Positions 1-11,600 of a stretch of 64,000 nucleotides of DNA are shown here, in pieces; the first letter of the stretch is position 1, and each line of letters begins with the position of its first letter. Made by a program: the position numbers and the translations under genes. The notes under the pieces are model-generated. The model made no database searches and was not told the DNA's origin. It saw only the letters and a list, made by a program, of their open reading frames with translations. The stretch is from an uncultured delta proteobacterium (lineage in GTDB: Bacteria > Myxococcota_A > Polyangia > Polyangiales > Polyangiaceae). The stretch lies in NCBI GenBank assembly GCA_963716725.1, contig CAVQUB010000005.1:704001-768000 (forward strand). The letters are read 5' to 3'.

Positions 1-512
1 CCGTTCTGGGTCGCCCCGGTGCCAGCGTCGTTCATGATGACTCCGTGGTCGCTGACGCAGGTGATGCCGACGATGATCGAGTTGCCTGCGTTTGGCGCGG
101 TGGCAAACGTGATCGTGGAAGTGAGCTCGCCCGGCATGCTGAGCTTCAGAGGCGAAGCCTGAACGACGACGATGGGCGGAGGGCCCGCGTCCGAGGCCGC
201 GTCGGTGCTGCCATCGACGGTTGCGTCGCCAGCCGAGCCGTCTGCCCCCGCGCTGCCGCCGGCTCCGCCGGCTCCGCCGGTGGCGCCTCCGGTGCCGGCA
301 ACTCCGCCGCTGCCTGCTGCGCTGCCGCCGGTGCCTCCCACGCTACCTCCCGATCCGCCGACGGTGCCCCCCGATCCGCCGACGGTGCCGCCGGTTCCCC
401 CCGTGGCGCCGCCGGTGCCCCCGGAGTTCTTTGCGTCGTCCGAGAACTCCTCGCCACCGCAGGCGTGAACGATCAAGACCAGTGCCGAAAGCAATGCGAC
501 CCGCGCGCCCAT
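1..512 (-). CDS. Lipoprotein with Gly/Thr-rich linker; N-terminal part only, runs off the window edge
   Basis: Reverse complement from 512 reads MGARVALLSALVLIVHAC-GGEEFSDDAKNSGGTGGATGG, a signal peptide with lipobox Cys followed by a low-complexity linker. Not in the ORF track because no stop lies in the window. Confidence 0.75.
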   Translation of the reverse strand, partial: MGARVALLSALVLIVHACGGEEFSDDAKNSGGTGGATGGTGGTVGGSGGTVGGSGGSVGGTGGSAAGSGGVAGTGGATGGAGGAGGSAGADGSAGDATVDGSTDAASDAGPPPIVVVQASPLKLSMPGELTSTITFATAPNAGNSIIVGITCVSDHGVIMNDAGTGATQN

Positions 513-582
513 TCGACAAGTGTGACACAGCGACGGGGTGGCTGATAGCCGCCGACAAGTCATCGATCGATGCGCAGTCGGT

Positions 583-1380
583 TCAGCTCGTGCCCACGGC
601 CTCCGGGGTTGGGCCCCGTCCGGTGATGCGCGCCACGCTGAACCCCGCGGACCTCCCCAAGCCTTCTGGGGACGGGCGGCCGCAACCCGAGCAGCCCCGA
701 CAGTGGACGGGCAGCCCGCCCGCTACCGGCGGGCCCCCGTAGCGGGCCAGCCCCATGCCGCGGAGCGCCTTCGCTTCGTCCGCGGGCAGTTCGCGGACCT
801 GCCCGAGCTGTCGCGCGGCCAGGAGCACCTTCGCCGTGTGCTCCATGGTCTCGAGCTTGCAGAACGCATCGAGCAGACTCTTGCCCACGCAGACGGCCCC
901 GTGGCGATCCATCATCACGGCGTCGTGGGTGCGGATCGCGTCGCCCACTTGGTGAGCGAGCTCCTGCGTGCCCGTTCGTTCGTAGCCAAGGGTGGGGATG
1001 CTGCCCATGGTGAGCACGACCTCGGGCAGCACGCACTGCGCGAGGGAGACTCCGGCGACGGTGAACGCGACGCAGGTCGGGGGATGCGCGTGCACGACGG
1101 CTTGGGCATCCGGGCGGGTCTCGTAGCAGGCAGCGTGCATCGCCATTTCGCTCGTGGGCTCGCCGCGGCCGCGTACTTTCCGACCGCGCAGGTCGATGAC
1201 GACCAAGTCGTCGTCGGTCAGGAGCCCTTTGTGGCAGCCCGCGCGCGTGCAGAGCAGGAGCCCGTCGCTCAGGCGGACCGAGAGATTTCCGTCCAGCCCC
1301 ACGAGCAGCTGGCGCTCGTAGCAGAGGCGCGCGAAGCGCACGATCTCGCGCCGCAGCGCCGTCTCTGGAAGCGGAAGCAT
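583..1380 (-). CDS. Class II aldolase/adducin family protein
   Basis: DGNLSVR, PTSEMAMH, VVHAHPP and DRHGA motifs (Zn-binding His residues). Start placed at MLPLPE; the ORF is open to 1533. Confidence 0.85.
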   Translation of the reverse strand: MLPLPETALRREIVRFARLCYERQLLVGLDGNLSVRLSDGLLLCTRAGCHKGLLTDDDLVVIDLRGRKVRGRGEPTSEMAMHAACYETRPDAQAVVHAHPPTCVAFTVAGVSLAQCVLPEVVLTMGSIPTLGYERTGTQELAHQVGDAIRTHDAVMMDRHGAVCVGKSLLDAFCKLETMEHTAKVLLAARQLGQVRELPADEAKALRGMGLARYGGPPVAGGLPVHCRGCSGCGRPSPEGLGRSAGFSVARITGRGPTPEAVGTS

Positions 1381-1952
1381 CGAGGGGCGGATGCTAACAG
1401 GCAACCGGACCGAGCGGAATTGATCACGAAGCTCGGCGCTCGCCGGCATGGGTCGCCGGCGGGCTAGGGCGGCACGAGCCACTTCTGGGACTGCGCCGGG
1501 AGGCAGACGTCCTGGGCGGCCCGCCGGACGCACGTCTGGTGCTGCGGCTGGACCAGGCGAACGCCGATCCGGTGTACGGCGGGCCCGCCACCGCCTACGA
1601 CAAGCGCAGCGCCTCGGATCCAGAGCTCGAAGCGCTGTTCCGGGACGTCAAAACCATCGAGCTCTGGTTCGTCGTCATTGTCGCCTGGACGGCGCAGCCG
1701 GGGTCCCGCCTCGTCGAGCAGGCGCCACGCGTGGCAAGCTTCTTCATCAACGGCGTGAGCGGAGGCGGCGGGTGAACGCATCCACGAAGGATCGAGCGCG
1801 CGTCGAATCCCTCTGGGCGGCCCGGGCACGCCTGGTGAGGACCTTCTTGGTCGCGCGCTCGACAAACACCGCCAGTCCCTTCGGTGCCTTGCTCGACTCC
1901 TTTGTCGATCGTTTCGCCGTCGCAGCGCGTGATTTCGCAGCGGCTCGCCGAC

Positions 1953-2699
1953 TCAGTCTTCGCAGGGGATGGTGCAGATGCAGATGTGGTTGTCCAAGCA
2001 CTTGAAGTTCTTGGGACAGGGCCCCATCGTCTCGCAGGCCATCGGGAAGCCGCGATCGCCGCCGCATGCGTCCCGGCACTTGGGCTTGCCACCCGCGCTC
2101 TTCGCCGCCGTGCCGTCGTTCGCGGACTGGTCGAAATAGATCCCCGGCGCCGGTGCGCCCTTGGGCCAGGTTGCCGTCAGCACTCGCGTTCCCCGCTCCG
2201 TCCAGTTGAACGCGACCTTGGCGTTCATGGCCTCCCGCAGCGGGAGCACGATGGAGGCCACTCCCTTGTTCTCGTAGGTGAAGTACTCCGGGTTCTTCTT
2301 CGCCGGTTCGCGAATGGCCACGGTCTGGATCTGCGGCCCGCTCTTGCCGGGCGTGCGACAGCTCACTCGCAGCCACTCGCGGACGCGTTTGGTCTCGCAG
2401 CCCAACGGGCCGGAGTGGCGCACGCTGATTTCCGATGCCGCATTCCACTCGGCGACCGTGGGCGGCTTGCTGCGCTCCGTGGGGATGCCCTGGGGCACCA
2501 TCTCTTTGGCGATCTTTTCGATCTCGGGATCCAGCGCCGCGCTGGCAGCGGGTGAGGGCGCAGCCCCACTGGCAGCGGGTGCGGGCGCGCTGGCGGCGGG
2601 TGCGGTTGCCGTGGGCGAGGCTTCGGCGGAGCCTTGCTTGCACGCCGGCAGGGCGGCGAGCACCAACGTCAGGGAAACAGCGGCGGAAAGTCTGAGCAT
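1953..2699 (-). CDS. Hypothetical lipoprotein with Cys-rich C-terminus
   Basis: Signal peptide ending LPAC, Ala/Pro linker, C-terminal Cys cluster. Confidence 0.7.
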   Translation of the reverse strand: MLRLSAAVSLTLVLAALPACKQGSAEASPTATAPAASAPAPAASGAAPSPAASAALDPEIEKIAKEMVPQGIPTERSKPPTVAEWNAASEISVRHSGPLGCETKRVREWLRVSCRTPGKSGPQIQTVAIREPAKKNPEYFTYENKGVASIVLPLREAMNAKVAFNWTERGTRVLTATWPKGAPAPGIYFDQSANDGTAAKSAGGKPKCRDACGGDRGFPMACETMGPCPKNFKCLDNHICICTIPCED

Positions 2700-2839
2700 G
2701 ATGGCAGACGCTAGCCTTCCCGCTGCCGCCCGAAAATGGCTTTTCGGCGACCTCGCCCAGGAGACCTCGCCCCAAGGTCGGGTCTGCGCCGAAGAGCGCC
2801 GCCGCAGCTGATCCTACGCATCCTCGAGCGTGCGGGACT

Positions 2840-5800
2840 TCACTCGCCCGGACTCTCGGCGGGAGCCAAGGCCGACGCGGAGAGCGGCGTCGGCGCGCGC
2901 CTGCGCGACAGCAGCGCGTACGTGCCCGGCACCACGAACAGGGTCAGCAGCGTGGACAGCGTGAGGCCGCCGACCACCGCGACGCCCAGGCTCTGGCGGC
3001 TGCCCGATGCGCTGCCGAGCGACAGGGCGATGGGCAAGATGCCCAAGACGGTGGTGAGCGTGGTCATCACGATGGGGCGGAAGCGCGCGACCGCGGCCTC
3101 CAGGACTGCGTCTTTCGGCAGCAGGCCTTCGGCTTTCTGGTGGTTGGCAAACTCGACGATCAAGATGCCGTTCTTGGTCACGATGCCGACCAGCATGATG
3201 ATGCCGATCTGGCTGAAGATGTTCAGGGTCTGACCGGTGAGCCACAGGCCCAACAGGGCGCCGAGCAGCGACATGGGCACAGTGAACAAGATGATGAGCG
3301 GATCGATGAAGCTCTCGAACTGCGCCGCCAGCACCAGGTAGATGAGCAAGATGGCGATACCGAAGGCGAAGTACAGGCTGGTCGCGCTTTCGGAGAAGTC
3401 CCGGGCCTCACCCGCCAGCGCGGTGCGGTAGCGCTGATCCAGCGTGGTCGCGGCCACCGCGTCCATGGCCTTGATGCCGTCGGCGAGGGCGTAGCCCGGG
3501 GCGATGCCCGCCGAGAAGGTCGCCGAGACGTAGCGATCGTAGCGATAGATGGCGGCGGGTGCGGTGCCTTCGTCGATGCTCACCAGGTTGTCGAGCGGGA
3601 CCATCTGCCCGGAACGCCCGCGCACATGCAGCTTGCGGACCGCTTCCGGGGCGCTGCGGTCCGCCGCTTCCACCTCGCCGATCACCTGGTACTGCCGCCC
3701 GTTCATCACGAAGTAGCCGTAGCGGCGCCCGCCGTAGGAAAGCTCGAGCGAGCGGGCGATGTCGGCCACGCTGATGCCGAGCTCGGTGGCCTTGGCGCGG
3801 TCGATGCGGATCACGCCCTCGGGACGGTTGAACTTCAGATCCGAGTCGACGAAGCGCAAGACAGGGCTCTTCGAGGCCTGCTCGAACACCTTCGGGAGGA
3901 CCTCGGCCAAGGCCTCCAGGTCGGGAGCCTGAATCACGTACTGAAGCGGCAAACCCGAGAAGCGCGCGCCGATGGTGGGCGGCTGGGCGGGGAAGGTGCG
4001 GAGCTCGGTGAAGCCGTTGAGCTTCTGGGACAACGACTGGAAGATCTGCTCTTGCGAGCGCTGCCGCTGGTTCGGTTCCTTGAGGTAGAGGTTCTGCACG
4101 CCGGTATTCACCGGACCGCCCCAGAGCCCGGTGATCGAGTACGTTCGCGACAGCTCCGGAACGCTTTCGGTCAGCAGCACCGCCAGCTTGTCGAGCTGCG
4201 CGGCGGTGTACTGGTAGGTGGCGCCTTCTGGAGCGCGCACCCCCACCCGAATGTTGGAGCGGTCTTCGAGCGGCGCCAGCTCGCTCTTGAGCTTGCCGCC
4301 GACGAAGACGGCGAGGGCCACGACGCCCACGACCAGCGGCGCGGACACGATCCGAACGCGCAGAAAGGCGCCGAGCGCGCGGCGGTACAGGCCATTGAGC
4401 CCCGCGAAGAAGGGCTCCGTCACGCGGTAAAACCAGCTGGGTTTCGCCTGGCGCTTGAGCAAAAAGCGGCACATCACCGGCGACAGCGTCAGCGCCACGA
4501 AAGCGGAGATGAGCACCGAACCGGCCACCACGATGGCGAACTCGCGGAACAGACGCCCGGTGAGCCCCTCCAGGAACACGATGGGCAGGAACACCGCGGC
4601 CAGGGTGATGGTGGTGGAGATCACCGCAAAGTAGATCTCCCGGGAGCCCGCCATGGCTGCGTCGAAGGGCGCCATGCCCTCCTCGATCTTCGCGTAGATG
4701 TTCTCGAGCACGACGATGGCGTCGTCCACCACCAGGCCAATGGCCAAGACCAGCGCCACCAGCGTCAGGATGTTGATGGTGAACCCCGCCACGTACATCA
4801 CGAAGAAGGTGGAGATGATGCTGACCGGGATGGCGATCAACGGGACGAGCGTCGAGCGGAAGCTACGCAAGAAGACGAAGATGACCGCACCGACCAACAT
4901 GAACGCGGTGCCGAGGGCCTCCTCCACCTCGCGGATGGAGCGTCGCACGTAGGTCGTGAAGTCGTAGCCCACCTCGACTCTGAAGCCCGGCGGCACGGAC
5001 TTCTGGATCTCGGCGAAGCGGCGGTAGAACTCGTCGGCAATCTCGATGGCGTTGGTGTTCGGCTGCGGCACGACGGCGACGCCGACCATGGGCACGCCGT
5101 TCTGCTTGACGCCGGTGCGCAGGTTCTCGGCGCCGAGCTCGGCGTGGCCGATGTCGCGAAACTCGATCTGCCGGCCGCCCTCTTGGCGGATCACCATGCG
5201 ATTGACCTCCTCGGCCGTGGTCAGGCGCCCCACCGCCCGCAGGCCGATCTCCACCGCGCTGCCCTCGACGCGTCCCGCGGGCAGGTCCACGTTCTCGCGC
5301 AGCAGCGCGTCCTGCACGTCTTGCGGCGTGACGCGGTGAGCCGCCATGCGCTCGGTATCCATGCCAAGGCGCATGGCCCAGCGTTTCTCGCCGAAGATGC
5401 GCACCGTGCTCACGCCGGGGATGGTCTGCATCCGCTCCTTGATCAGCGTGTCCGCGATGTGGTTCACCTCCAGGATGCTCTTGTCGTCGCTCTGGACCGT
5501 CATGAACACGATCGGCGATGCGTCGGCGTCCGCCTTCTCGACAATGGGCGGATCGACGTCGGCGGGCAGGCGGCGCACCGCCCCGGCGACCTTGTCGCGG
5601 ATGTCGTTGGCGGCGGCGTCTACGTCGGTGCCAATGGTGAACTCGACCCGGATCACGCTCTGACTCTCCCGGGAGGTGCTCGCGATGTTGCGCACGCCGG
5701 CCACTCCGTTGACCGCCTGCTCGAGCGGCTCCGTGATCTGAGAATCCATGACCTCCGGGTTGGCGCCCGGGTAGTTGGTGGTGATGGTGACGATGGGCGG

Positions 5801-5923
5801 GTCCACCGCGGGGTACTCGCGCACGCCCAGGAAGCGGAAGCCCACGACGCCCAGCACGACCAAGATCAGCGACGCCACCAGCGCGAGCACCGGGCGGCGC
5901 AGGCTGATTTCTGCGACGTTCAC
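2840..5923 (-). CDS. RND efflux transporter permease (AcrB/AcrD/AcrF family)
   Basis: 1027 aa; GLVVDDAIVVLEN, KNGILIVEFA and RFRPIVMT motifs. Confidence 0.95.
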   Translation of the reverse strand: MNVAEISLRRPVLALVASLILVVLGVVGFRFLGVREYPAVDPPIVTITTNYPGANPEVMDSQITEPLEQAVNGVAGVRNIASTSRESQSVIRVEFTIGTDVDAAANDIRDKVAGAVRRLPADVDPPIVEKADADASPIVFMTVQSDDKSILEVNHIADTLIKERMQTIPGVSTVRIFGEKRWAMRLGMDTERMAAHRVTPQDVQDALLRENVDLPAGRVEGSAVEIGLRAVGRLTTAEEVNRMVIRQEGGRQIEFRDIGHAELGAENLRTGVKQNGVPMVGVAVVPQPNTNAIEIADEFYRRFAEIQKSVPPGFRVEVGYDFTTYVRRSIREVEEALGTAFMLVGAVIFVFLRSFRSTLVPLIAIPVSIISTFFVMYVAGFTINILTLVALVLAIGLVVDDAIVVLENIYAKIEEGMAPFDAAMAGSREIYFAVISTTITLAAVFLPIVFLEGLTGRLFREFAIVVAGSVLISAFVALTLSPVMCRFLLKRQAKPSWFYRVTEPFFAGLNGLYRRALGAFLRVRIVSAPLVVGVVALAVFVGGKLKSELAPLEDRSNIRVGVRAPEGATYQYTAAQLDKLAVLLTESVPELSRTYSITGLWGGPVNTGVQNLYLKEPNQRQRSQEQIFQSLSQKLNGFTELRTFPAQPPTIGARFSGLPLQYVIQAPDLEALAEVLPKVFEQASKSPVLRFVDSDLKFNRPEGVIRIDRAKATELGISVADIARSLELSYGGRRYGYFVMNGRQYQVIGEVEAADRSAPEAVRKLHVRGRSGQMVPLDNLVSIDEGTAPAAIYRYDRYVSATFSAGIAPGYALADGIKAMDAVAATTLDQRYRTALAGEARDFSESATSLYFAFGIAILLIYLVLAAQFESFIDPLIILFTVPMSLLGALLGLWLTGQTLNIFSQIGIIMLVGIVTKNGILIVEFANHQKAEGLLPKDAVLEAAVARFRPIVMTTLTTVLGILPIALSLGSASGSRQSLGVAVVGGLTLSTLLTLFVVPGTYALLSRRRAPTPLSASALAPAESPGE

Positions 5924-5930
5924 CCTGCGC

Positions 5931-7017
5931 TCACTTCTCGAGGGTCACGGGAGCGCCCTCGCGCAGCCGGAGCAGGTTGTTCACCAGCACCGTGTCCCCG
6001 GCGGAGAGGCCGGAGACGATCTCGACGTCGTCGGCCGTGCGCTGGCCGATCTCCACGGGGCGCAGGCTGGCTTTGCCGTCGGTGAGCACCCAGATCCCGT
6101 GGCCCTTCACGCTGGGCACGAGCGCTTGGGCCGGGACGGTCAGAGATCGGTTTGTCCGCGCCGATGGGGACCTCGACGTTGGCGAAGGCTCCGCTCGCGA
6201 GCTCGCCCTCGGCGTTTTCGGTCAGGCCGCGCACGCTGACGCTGCGGGTCGCGCGGTCGATCTCTGGCTCGATGGCGATGACCTGCCCCTTGAAGCGCTC
6301 CGGGCGCCCCGTCACTTTGAAGAAGAACTCGTGTCCCACGCGCACGTCCGCCACGTAGCGCTCGGGCAGTGCGAAGTCGACCTTCAGCTTCGAGGTGTCC
6401 GAGAGGGTGGTCAGCACCGTTTCGGGTGTGACCCAGGCGCCGGCGCTCACCCGTCGAAGGCCGACCTTGCCAGCAAAGGGAGCGCGGATGCGCGTCTTCT
6501 GCAGGGTGACACCGCGCATGCCCATTTCCGCCCGAAGCTCATCGAGCTCGCTCTTGACTCGGTCATACTCGGCCTGGCTGAGCAGGTTCTGTGAGAGCAG
6601 TTGCTTCGAGCGTGCCTCCTGGGAAGCCAGGAGCTTCTTCTTGACCTCGAGGCGGCGGAGGTCAGCGCCGAGATCCGAGGAGTCCAGGCTGAACAGCAGC
6701 GCGCCCTTCTTGACCAGGGCGCCCTCCTCGACGTGGACTCTGGTCAAGCGTCGCGAGATCTCGCTCACGACTTTGATGGATTCGTTCGCTGCCAGCGTGC
6801 CGACCGTGGGCACAGTGACGCTGACGGTCTTCGGGCTGACCACGTGCCCTCGGGCCAAGAGTGGGGCCCCCGCCGCTCCGCCGCGCGCGCTGGCCGAGCC
6901 TGCCGTGGGCTCGGGCTTGGTCGCCGGCGCCTGGTTGCACCCGTACGCGGCGAACACCGCGCAGGCGAGTACGTTACGAAAACCTGCTGAAGTCACCACG
7001 GCGGCCGGCTCTCTCAT
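5931..7017 (-). CDS. RND periplasmic adaptor (MFP), with a frameshift near 6145
   Basis: IRAPFAG hairpin/barrel motifs. After ADKP the alternate frame continues SLTVPAQALVPSVKG...VEIVSGLSAGDTV to the stop at 5931. Confidence 0.85.
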
Positions 7018-7206
7018 AGCACCCGGCGCCGCCGAACGGCACCTGCCGGATGCTCGGCACCCCTGCGTTTGCGCCAATTTCAGTGCCTTGCGCGCCCCCG
7101 CCCAGGGTGGCAGCGCCGCGCAAGCGCGACGAACGCGGGCAAGATGGGAATTGTCGCTGACGAGGTGGGAGCACGGAGCTTTCGAGTGCTGCTATCTTGA
7201 GCAGCA

Positions 7207-8355
7207 ATGCGCCGCTCCTTCGCCTGCGTGATCTCGCTCCTGCTCTCGATCGCGTGCTCGTCCGACGACTCGACACCGAAAGCGACCGGGACCGGCGGGG
7301 CAGGTGGGGCCGGCGGGGCGGACTCCGGCGTGGGCGGAGGTGCGGGCGCGGATGCCGGTGCGCTTCCGTACTCCGTGTCCGCCTTCGACGCGATCCGCAT
7401 CCGGAGCAAGAGCGAGCAGCCGAACTTTCAGCGGGCTAGCGCGACCCTCGATTTCGGCGCCGGACCCTTCCAGAAGGCGACGCTGGTCGTCGATCTCGCC
7501 ACGACGTGCTTCCCTTTCGAGAAGTGGAAGGCAAATCCGCCCCCGCCAGGTCAGAACTGGCCCGCGGACTGCGACGCCTTCGATCGCAACTTCGAGTTCG
7601 TGCTCGATCGTCCGGCCGATCCCAAGGCGGGCCCGCCCGGCATCGAGTTGGTCCGCGCCATCACCCCTTTCGGTGGCCCCATGCACCTAGAGATCGACGT
7701 GACCGACGTCGTCAACGGCCGCCCGGGCAAGCACACGCTGGACGTCCACATCGGCACCTGGTCGGACGGTGCCGGCAAGGTCTCGGGCTCGAACGGCGGC
7801 TGGAACGTGACCGCGCGCGTCGACCTCGTGCCCGGCGCCCCGCCGCGGAAGGTGCTCGCCGTGCTGCCGCTCTTCGATCACTCGAACGGTGACCCCGCTC
7901 CGCTCGCGCCCGTGCACTTCGAGGTCCCGGCCGGAACCAAGGGGTCGCGGCTCGAGTACCGTGTGACGGGGCACGGCGGGGTGACCGGCGCGGCCGGCTG
8001 CGGCATGGCGCCGGCCGAGGAGTTCTGCTCGCGCACGCACGCGCTCTACGCCGACGAGATCGAGTTCGACAGCCTGAACCCCTGGCGCGACGACTGCGCC
8101 ACGTTGTGCACGATCGCGCATCAGGACGGGTCCAACGGCGGCTTCGACTACTGCAAGGAGAACCCCTGCGGAGCGATCTCCAGCGTCAAGGCGCCCCGCG
8201 CCAACTGGTGTCCGGGGAGCGTGACCCCGCCGCTGGTCTGGGAGCCGCCCGCCTGGGCAACGCCAGGCCAGCACAGCTTCCGCTATCAGGTGGACGACAT
8301 CGCGAGCGGAGGCTCCTGGCGTGTGTCCGCGGTGTTGTTCGCGTTCGGCGCCTGA
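7207..8355 (+). CDS. Peptide-N-glycosidase F-like lipoprotein
   Basis: Lipobox SIAC; IELVRAITPFG, TGHGG, EEFC and RANWCPG motifs typical of PNGase F-family proteins. Confidence 0.8.
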   Translation: MRRSFACVISLLLSIACSSDDSTPKATGTGGAGGAGGADSGVGGGAGADAGALPYSVSAFDAIRIRSKSEQPNFQRASATLDFGAGPFQKATLVVDLATTCFPFEKWKANPPPPGQNWPADCDAFDRNFEFVLDRPADPKAGPPGIELVRAITPFGGPMHLEIDVTDVVNGRPGKHTLDVHIGTWSDGAGKVSGSNGGWNVTARVDLVPGAPPRKVLAVLPLFDHSNGDPAPLAPVHFEVPAGTKGSRLEYRVTGHGGVTGAAGCGMAPAEEFCSRTHALYADEIEFDSLNPWRDDCATLCTIAHQDGSNGGFDYCKENPCGAISSVKAPRANWCPGSVTPPLVWEPPAWATPGQHSFRYQVDDIASGGSWRVSAVLFAFGA

Positions 8356-8419
8356 CGCGCCCGACGCGCCTGACGCGCCTGACGCGCCCGACGCGCCCGA
8401 CGCGCCCGACACTCCCGAC
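8354..8419 (+). repeat. 9-bp tandem repeat GACGCGCCY, six copies plus one degenerate copy
   Basis: Directly visible; starts within the TGA stop of the upstream gene. Confidence 0.9.
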
Positions 8420-8629
8420 GGCCGCTCGGTGACCCAGGCGAGGCACCGATTCTCGCGTGCCGATCTCCGAATCACGCCCATCGAACAGACACCCACACTG
8501 CCCGACATGAGGGGCTCGTGTCAGCTCGGACGGCGCGCGGCGATCCGACATTGGTGCGCTCAAGCGGCGTCGCGTTGGTGTAGATTTCCAAGTTGGCCCT
8601 GCGCTCAGTTGCGCGGCCAAGGAGTCCGC

Positions 8630-11600
8630 ATGCTTGGCTTTCAATTCGCGCGCCGTGTCTCGGTCCTCACGCTCTTCGTCTTGGTCGTCGGCTGCGGAGG
8701 GAATCCGGAGGTCGCGAGCACTGACACCGGAGGCACGGGCGGATCGACGGGTGGCGCGGGAGGTGCCGGCGGCAACGGCGGCTCCGGCGGAGGTATCGTT
8801 CTCGACGCGGGGCCGGACGCCGACGATGGCAGCGCCGGCGACGCCTGCATCGATTGCGACGCCGCCCCCATCTGCGGCGATGGCGTGATCGAGTCGCCGG
8901 AGCTGTGTGACGACGGCAACGCCACGCCCGGCGACGGATGCTCCGGCATCTGCGCGATCGAACCCGGGTACAGTTGCCCCACGGCCGGCCAGCTCTGCAT
9001 TCCCGTCCAGGCCGTGTGTGGCGACGGGAAGATCAGCGGCGCCGAAGCCTGCGACGACGGCAACGCAACAGCGGGCGACGGCTGCAGTGGCACCTGCGAC
9101 GTGGAACAAGGCTATGCGTGCCAGACGCCCGGGCAGCCCTGCACCCCGGTGCAGACGGCCAAATGCGGCGACGGCGCCGTGAACTCCGGCGAGCAGTGCG
9201 ACGACGGGAACACGACACCGAACGACGGTTGCGATGGGAGCTGCAAGCTCGAGCAGGGCTACATCTGTCCGACGCCGAACCAAGCCTGCGTGAAGAACGA
9301 GTACTGCGGCGACTCGATCGTTCAGCCGAGCAAGGGCGAGACCTGCGACGACGGCAACGGCACGCCCGGCGACGGTTGCTCGGGGATCTGCGCTCTCGAA
9401 CCCGGCCACGTTTGTCCGAACCCCGGCAAGCCCTGCGTGTCGATCTGGGTCTGCGGCAACGGCAAGGTCGATCCGGGAGAGACCTGCGACGACGGCAACA
9501 CGAGCCCGAGCGACGGCTGCGCGGCCGATTGTACGCAAGTCGAACCGGGCTATACCTGCCCCGCCACGGGCGGCCCCTGCATCAAGGTGCCGCCGAATAC
9601 TTGTGGGGACGGCATCGTCGCCGGCCTCGAGCAGTGCGACGACGGCAACACCGCTTCGAGCGACGGCTGCTCGGCCACCTGCCTGGCGGAGCCCGGCTTC
9701 AACTGCCCGACGCCGGGCAAGCTCTGCGTGCCAATCGCGGTCTGCGGCAACGGCAAGCTCGAAGCCGGTGAGGGCTGCGACGATGGCAACACGCTGCCGG
9801 GTGATGGTTGCGGCGTCGCTTGCCAGATCGAGCCGCTCTACGTCTGTCCGACGCCGGGTCAGCTCTGCGTGTCCACGGTGAAGTGCGGCGACTCGGTGGT
9901 GGCGGGCAGCGAGCAGTGCGACGACGGAAACACCACGAGCCTGGACGGCTGCGGCTCGACCTGCAAGCTCGAACCCGGCTGGATCTGTCCAAATGCGGGC
10001 GCCAAGTGCGTCGCCAAGCAATGCGGTGACGGCATCATCGCCGGGCTGGAGCAATGCGACGACAACAACACCGCGGCGAGCGACGGGTGCAGCCCGACCT
10101 GCAAGCTCGAGCAGGGCTGGGCATGCCTGACCGTCGGCACCAAGAGCGTGTGCCATGCGACGACCTGCGGCGACGCGGTCAAGGAGGGCTTCGAGCAGTG
10201 CGACGACGGCGGCAAGATCCCCTATGACGGCTGCTCCCCCTACTGCAAGGTCGAGCCCGCCTGCGCCAACGGGCAGTGCACCCCGGTCTGCGGCGATGGC
10301 CTGAAGTTCCCCCAAGAGGCCTGCGACGACGGCAACAAGTCGAATGGCGACGGCTGCAGCGCCAGCTGCCAGATCGAGAGCGGCTGGACCTGCAACGTCG
10401 AGATCGAAGCGCCGCCTCCGAAGCTCGATATTCCGATCCTCTACCGTGACTTCTTGTACCGAGGCACCTCGAGTCCCGGCGCCGGACATCCCGATTTTCA
10501 GTGGAACATCGCGGCGGCAACCGGCCTGGTGAAGGCCGCGCTCGGCGTCGATGGCAAACCGGTCTTCAATTCATCGACCGGCAGCGGCTCGACCCAGCTG
10601 ATCACGGACGCGACCTCGCTCTGCTGGTGGTACCACGACACCGGCTGCTCCGGAGCCGGCTCGACCAACCCGTATTCCAAGCTGGTGTACACCACCAACG
10701 GGCTGCCCAACGGTCCACCGACGCTGCTCACCCTGAACCAGGGCACCGGCAACACCTATCAATTCAGCAGCACCGCGTTCTTCCCGGTCGACGGCTTGGG
10801 TTGGGGCAACGCGCAGACCTACAACAACCACAACTTCGCCTTCACCAGCGAGCTCCGCTATCAGTTCACTTACCAGGGCGGCTCGACCCCCGAGGTATTC
10901 GACTTCACGGGCGACGACGACGTGTACGTCTTCATCAACGGCAAGCTCGCCGTCGAGCTCGGCGGAGTGCACGGCGCGACCAACGGTAGCGTCACGCTGA
11001 ACGCAGCCCAGGCGACGGCGCTCGGCCTGACGGTTGGCGGCATGTACGAGATCGCGGTCTTCCAAGCGGAACGTCACACCACTCAGTCGAACTACAAGCT
11101 GACCCTGAGCAACTTCGTGCACGCCAAATCCGTGTGCAAGACCTTCTGCGGCGATGGCATCGTCGCGGGCATCGAGGTGTGCGACGACGGGACCGCCAAC
11201 AACACCGGCGGCTACGGCAAGTGCAAGCCCGACTGTTCACGGGGCCCCTTCTGCGGCGACGCGGCGGTGCAAAACCCGCCCGAGACCTGCGACGACGGTT
11301 CGAACGCGGTCACCTACGGCGGCAGCAGCAAGCAGTGCGGTCCGGGCTGCGGCTTCGCGGCGTATTGCGGCGACGCGGTGGTCTCGAATGGCGAGCAGTG
11401 CGACGATGGCACCGCCAACAACACCGGCGCCTACAACAAATGCGGCCCCGGCTGCACACTGGGACCGCGCTGCGGCGACGGCGCGCTCCAGGCCGGCAAC
11501 GGCGAGCAGTGCGACGAAGGCGCAAACAATGGCGCGACGAGCAGCAAGTGCACCAGTGCCTGCCAGCTCAAGTGCGGCAACGGCGTCGCCGATCCGGGCG

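Noticed and set aside
1539..1930. Short ORFs between the aldolase and the lipoprotein
   Set aside because: May be gene debris, but no recognisable motif or start signal.
3140..6085. 981-aa plus-strand ORF and similar long antisense ORFs (8186..10489, 13550..15901, 26939..28201)
   Set aside because: Shadow frames of real high-GC genes on the opposite strand.
8321..8629. N-terminal extension of the fibro-slime ORF containing APD repeats
   Set aside because: Open by chance through the VNTR; the signal peptide and RBS indicate a start at 8630.
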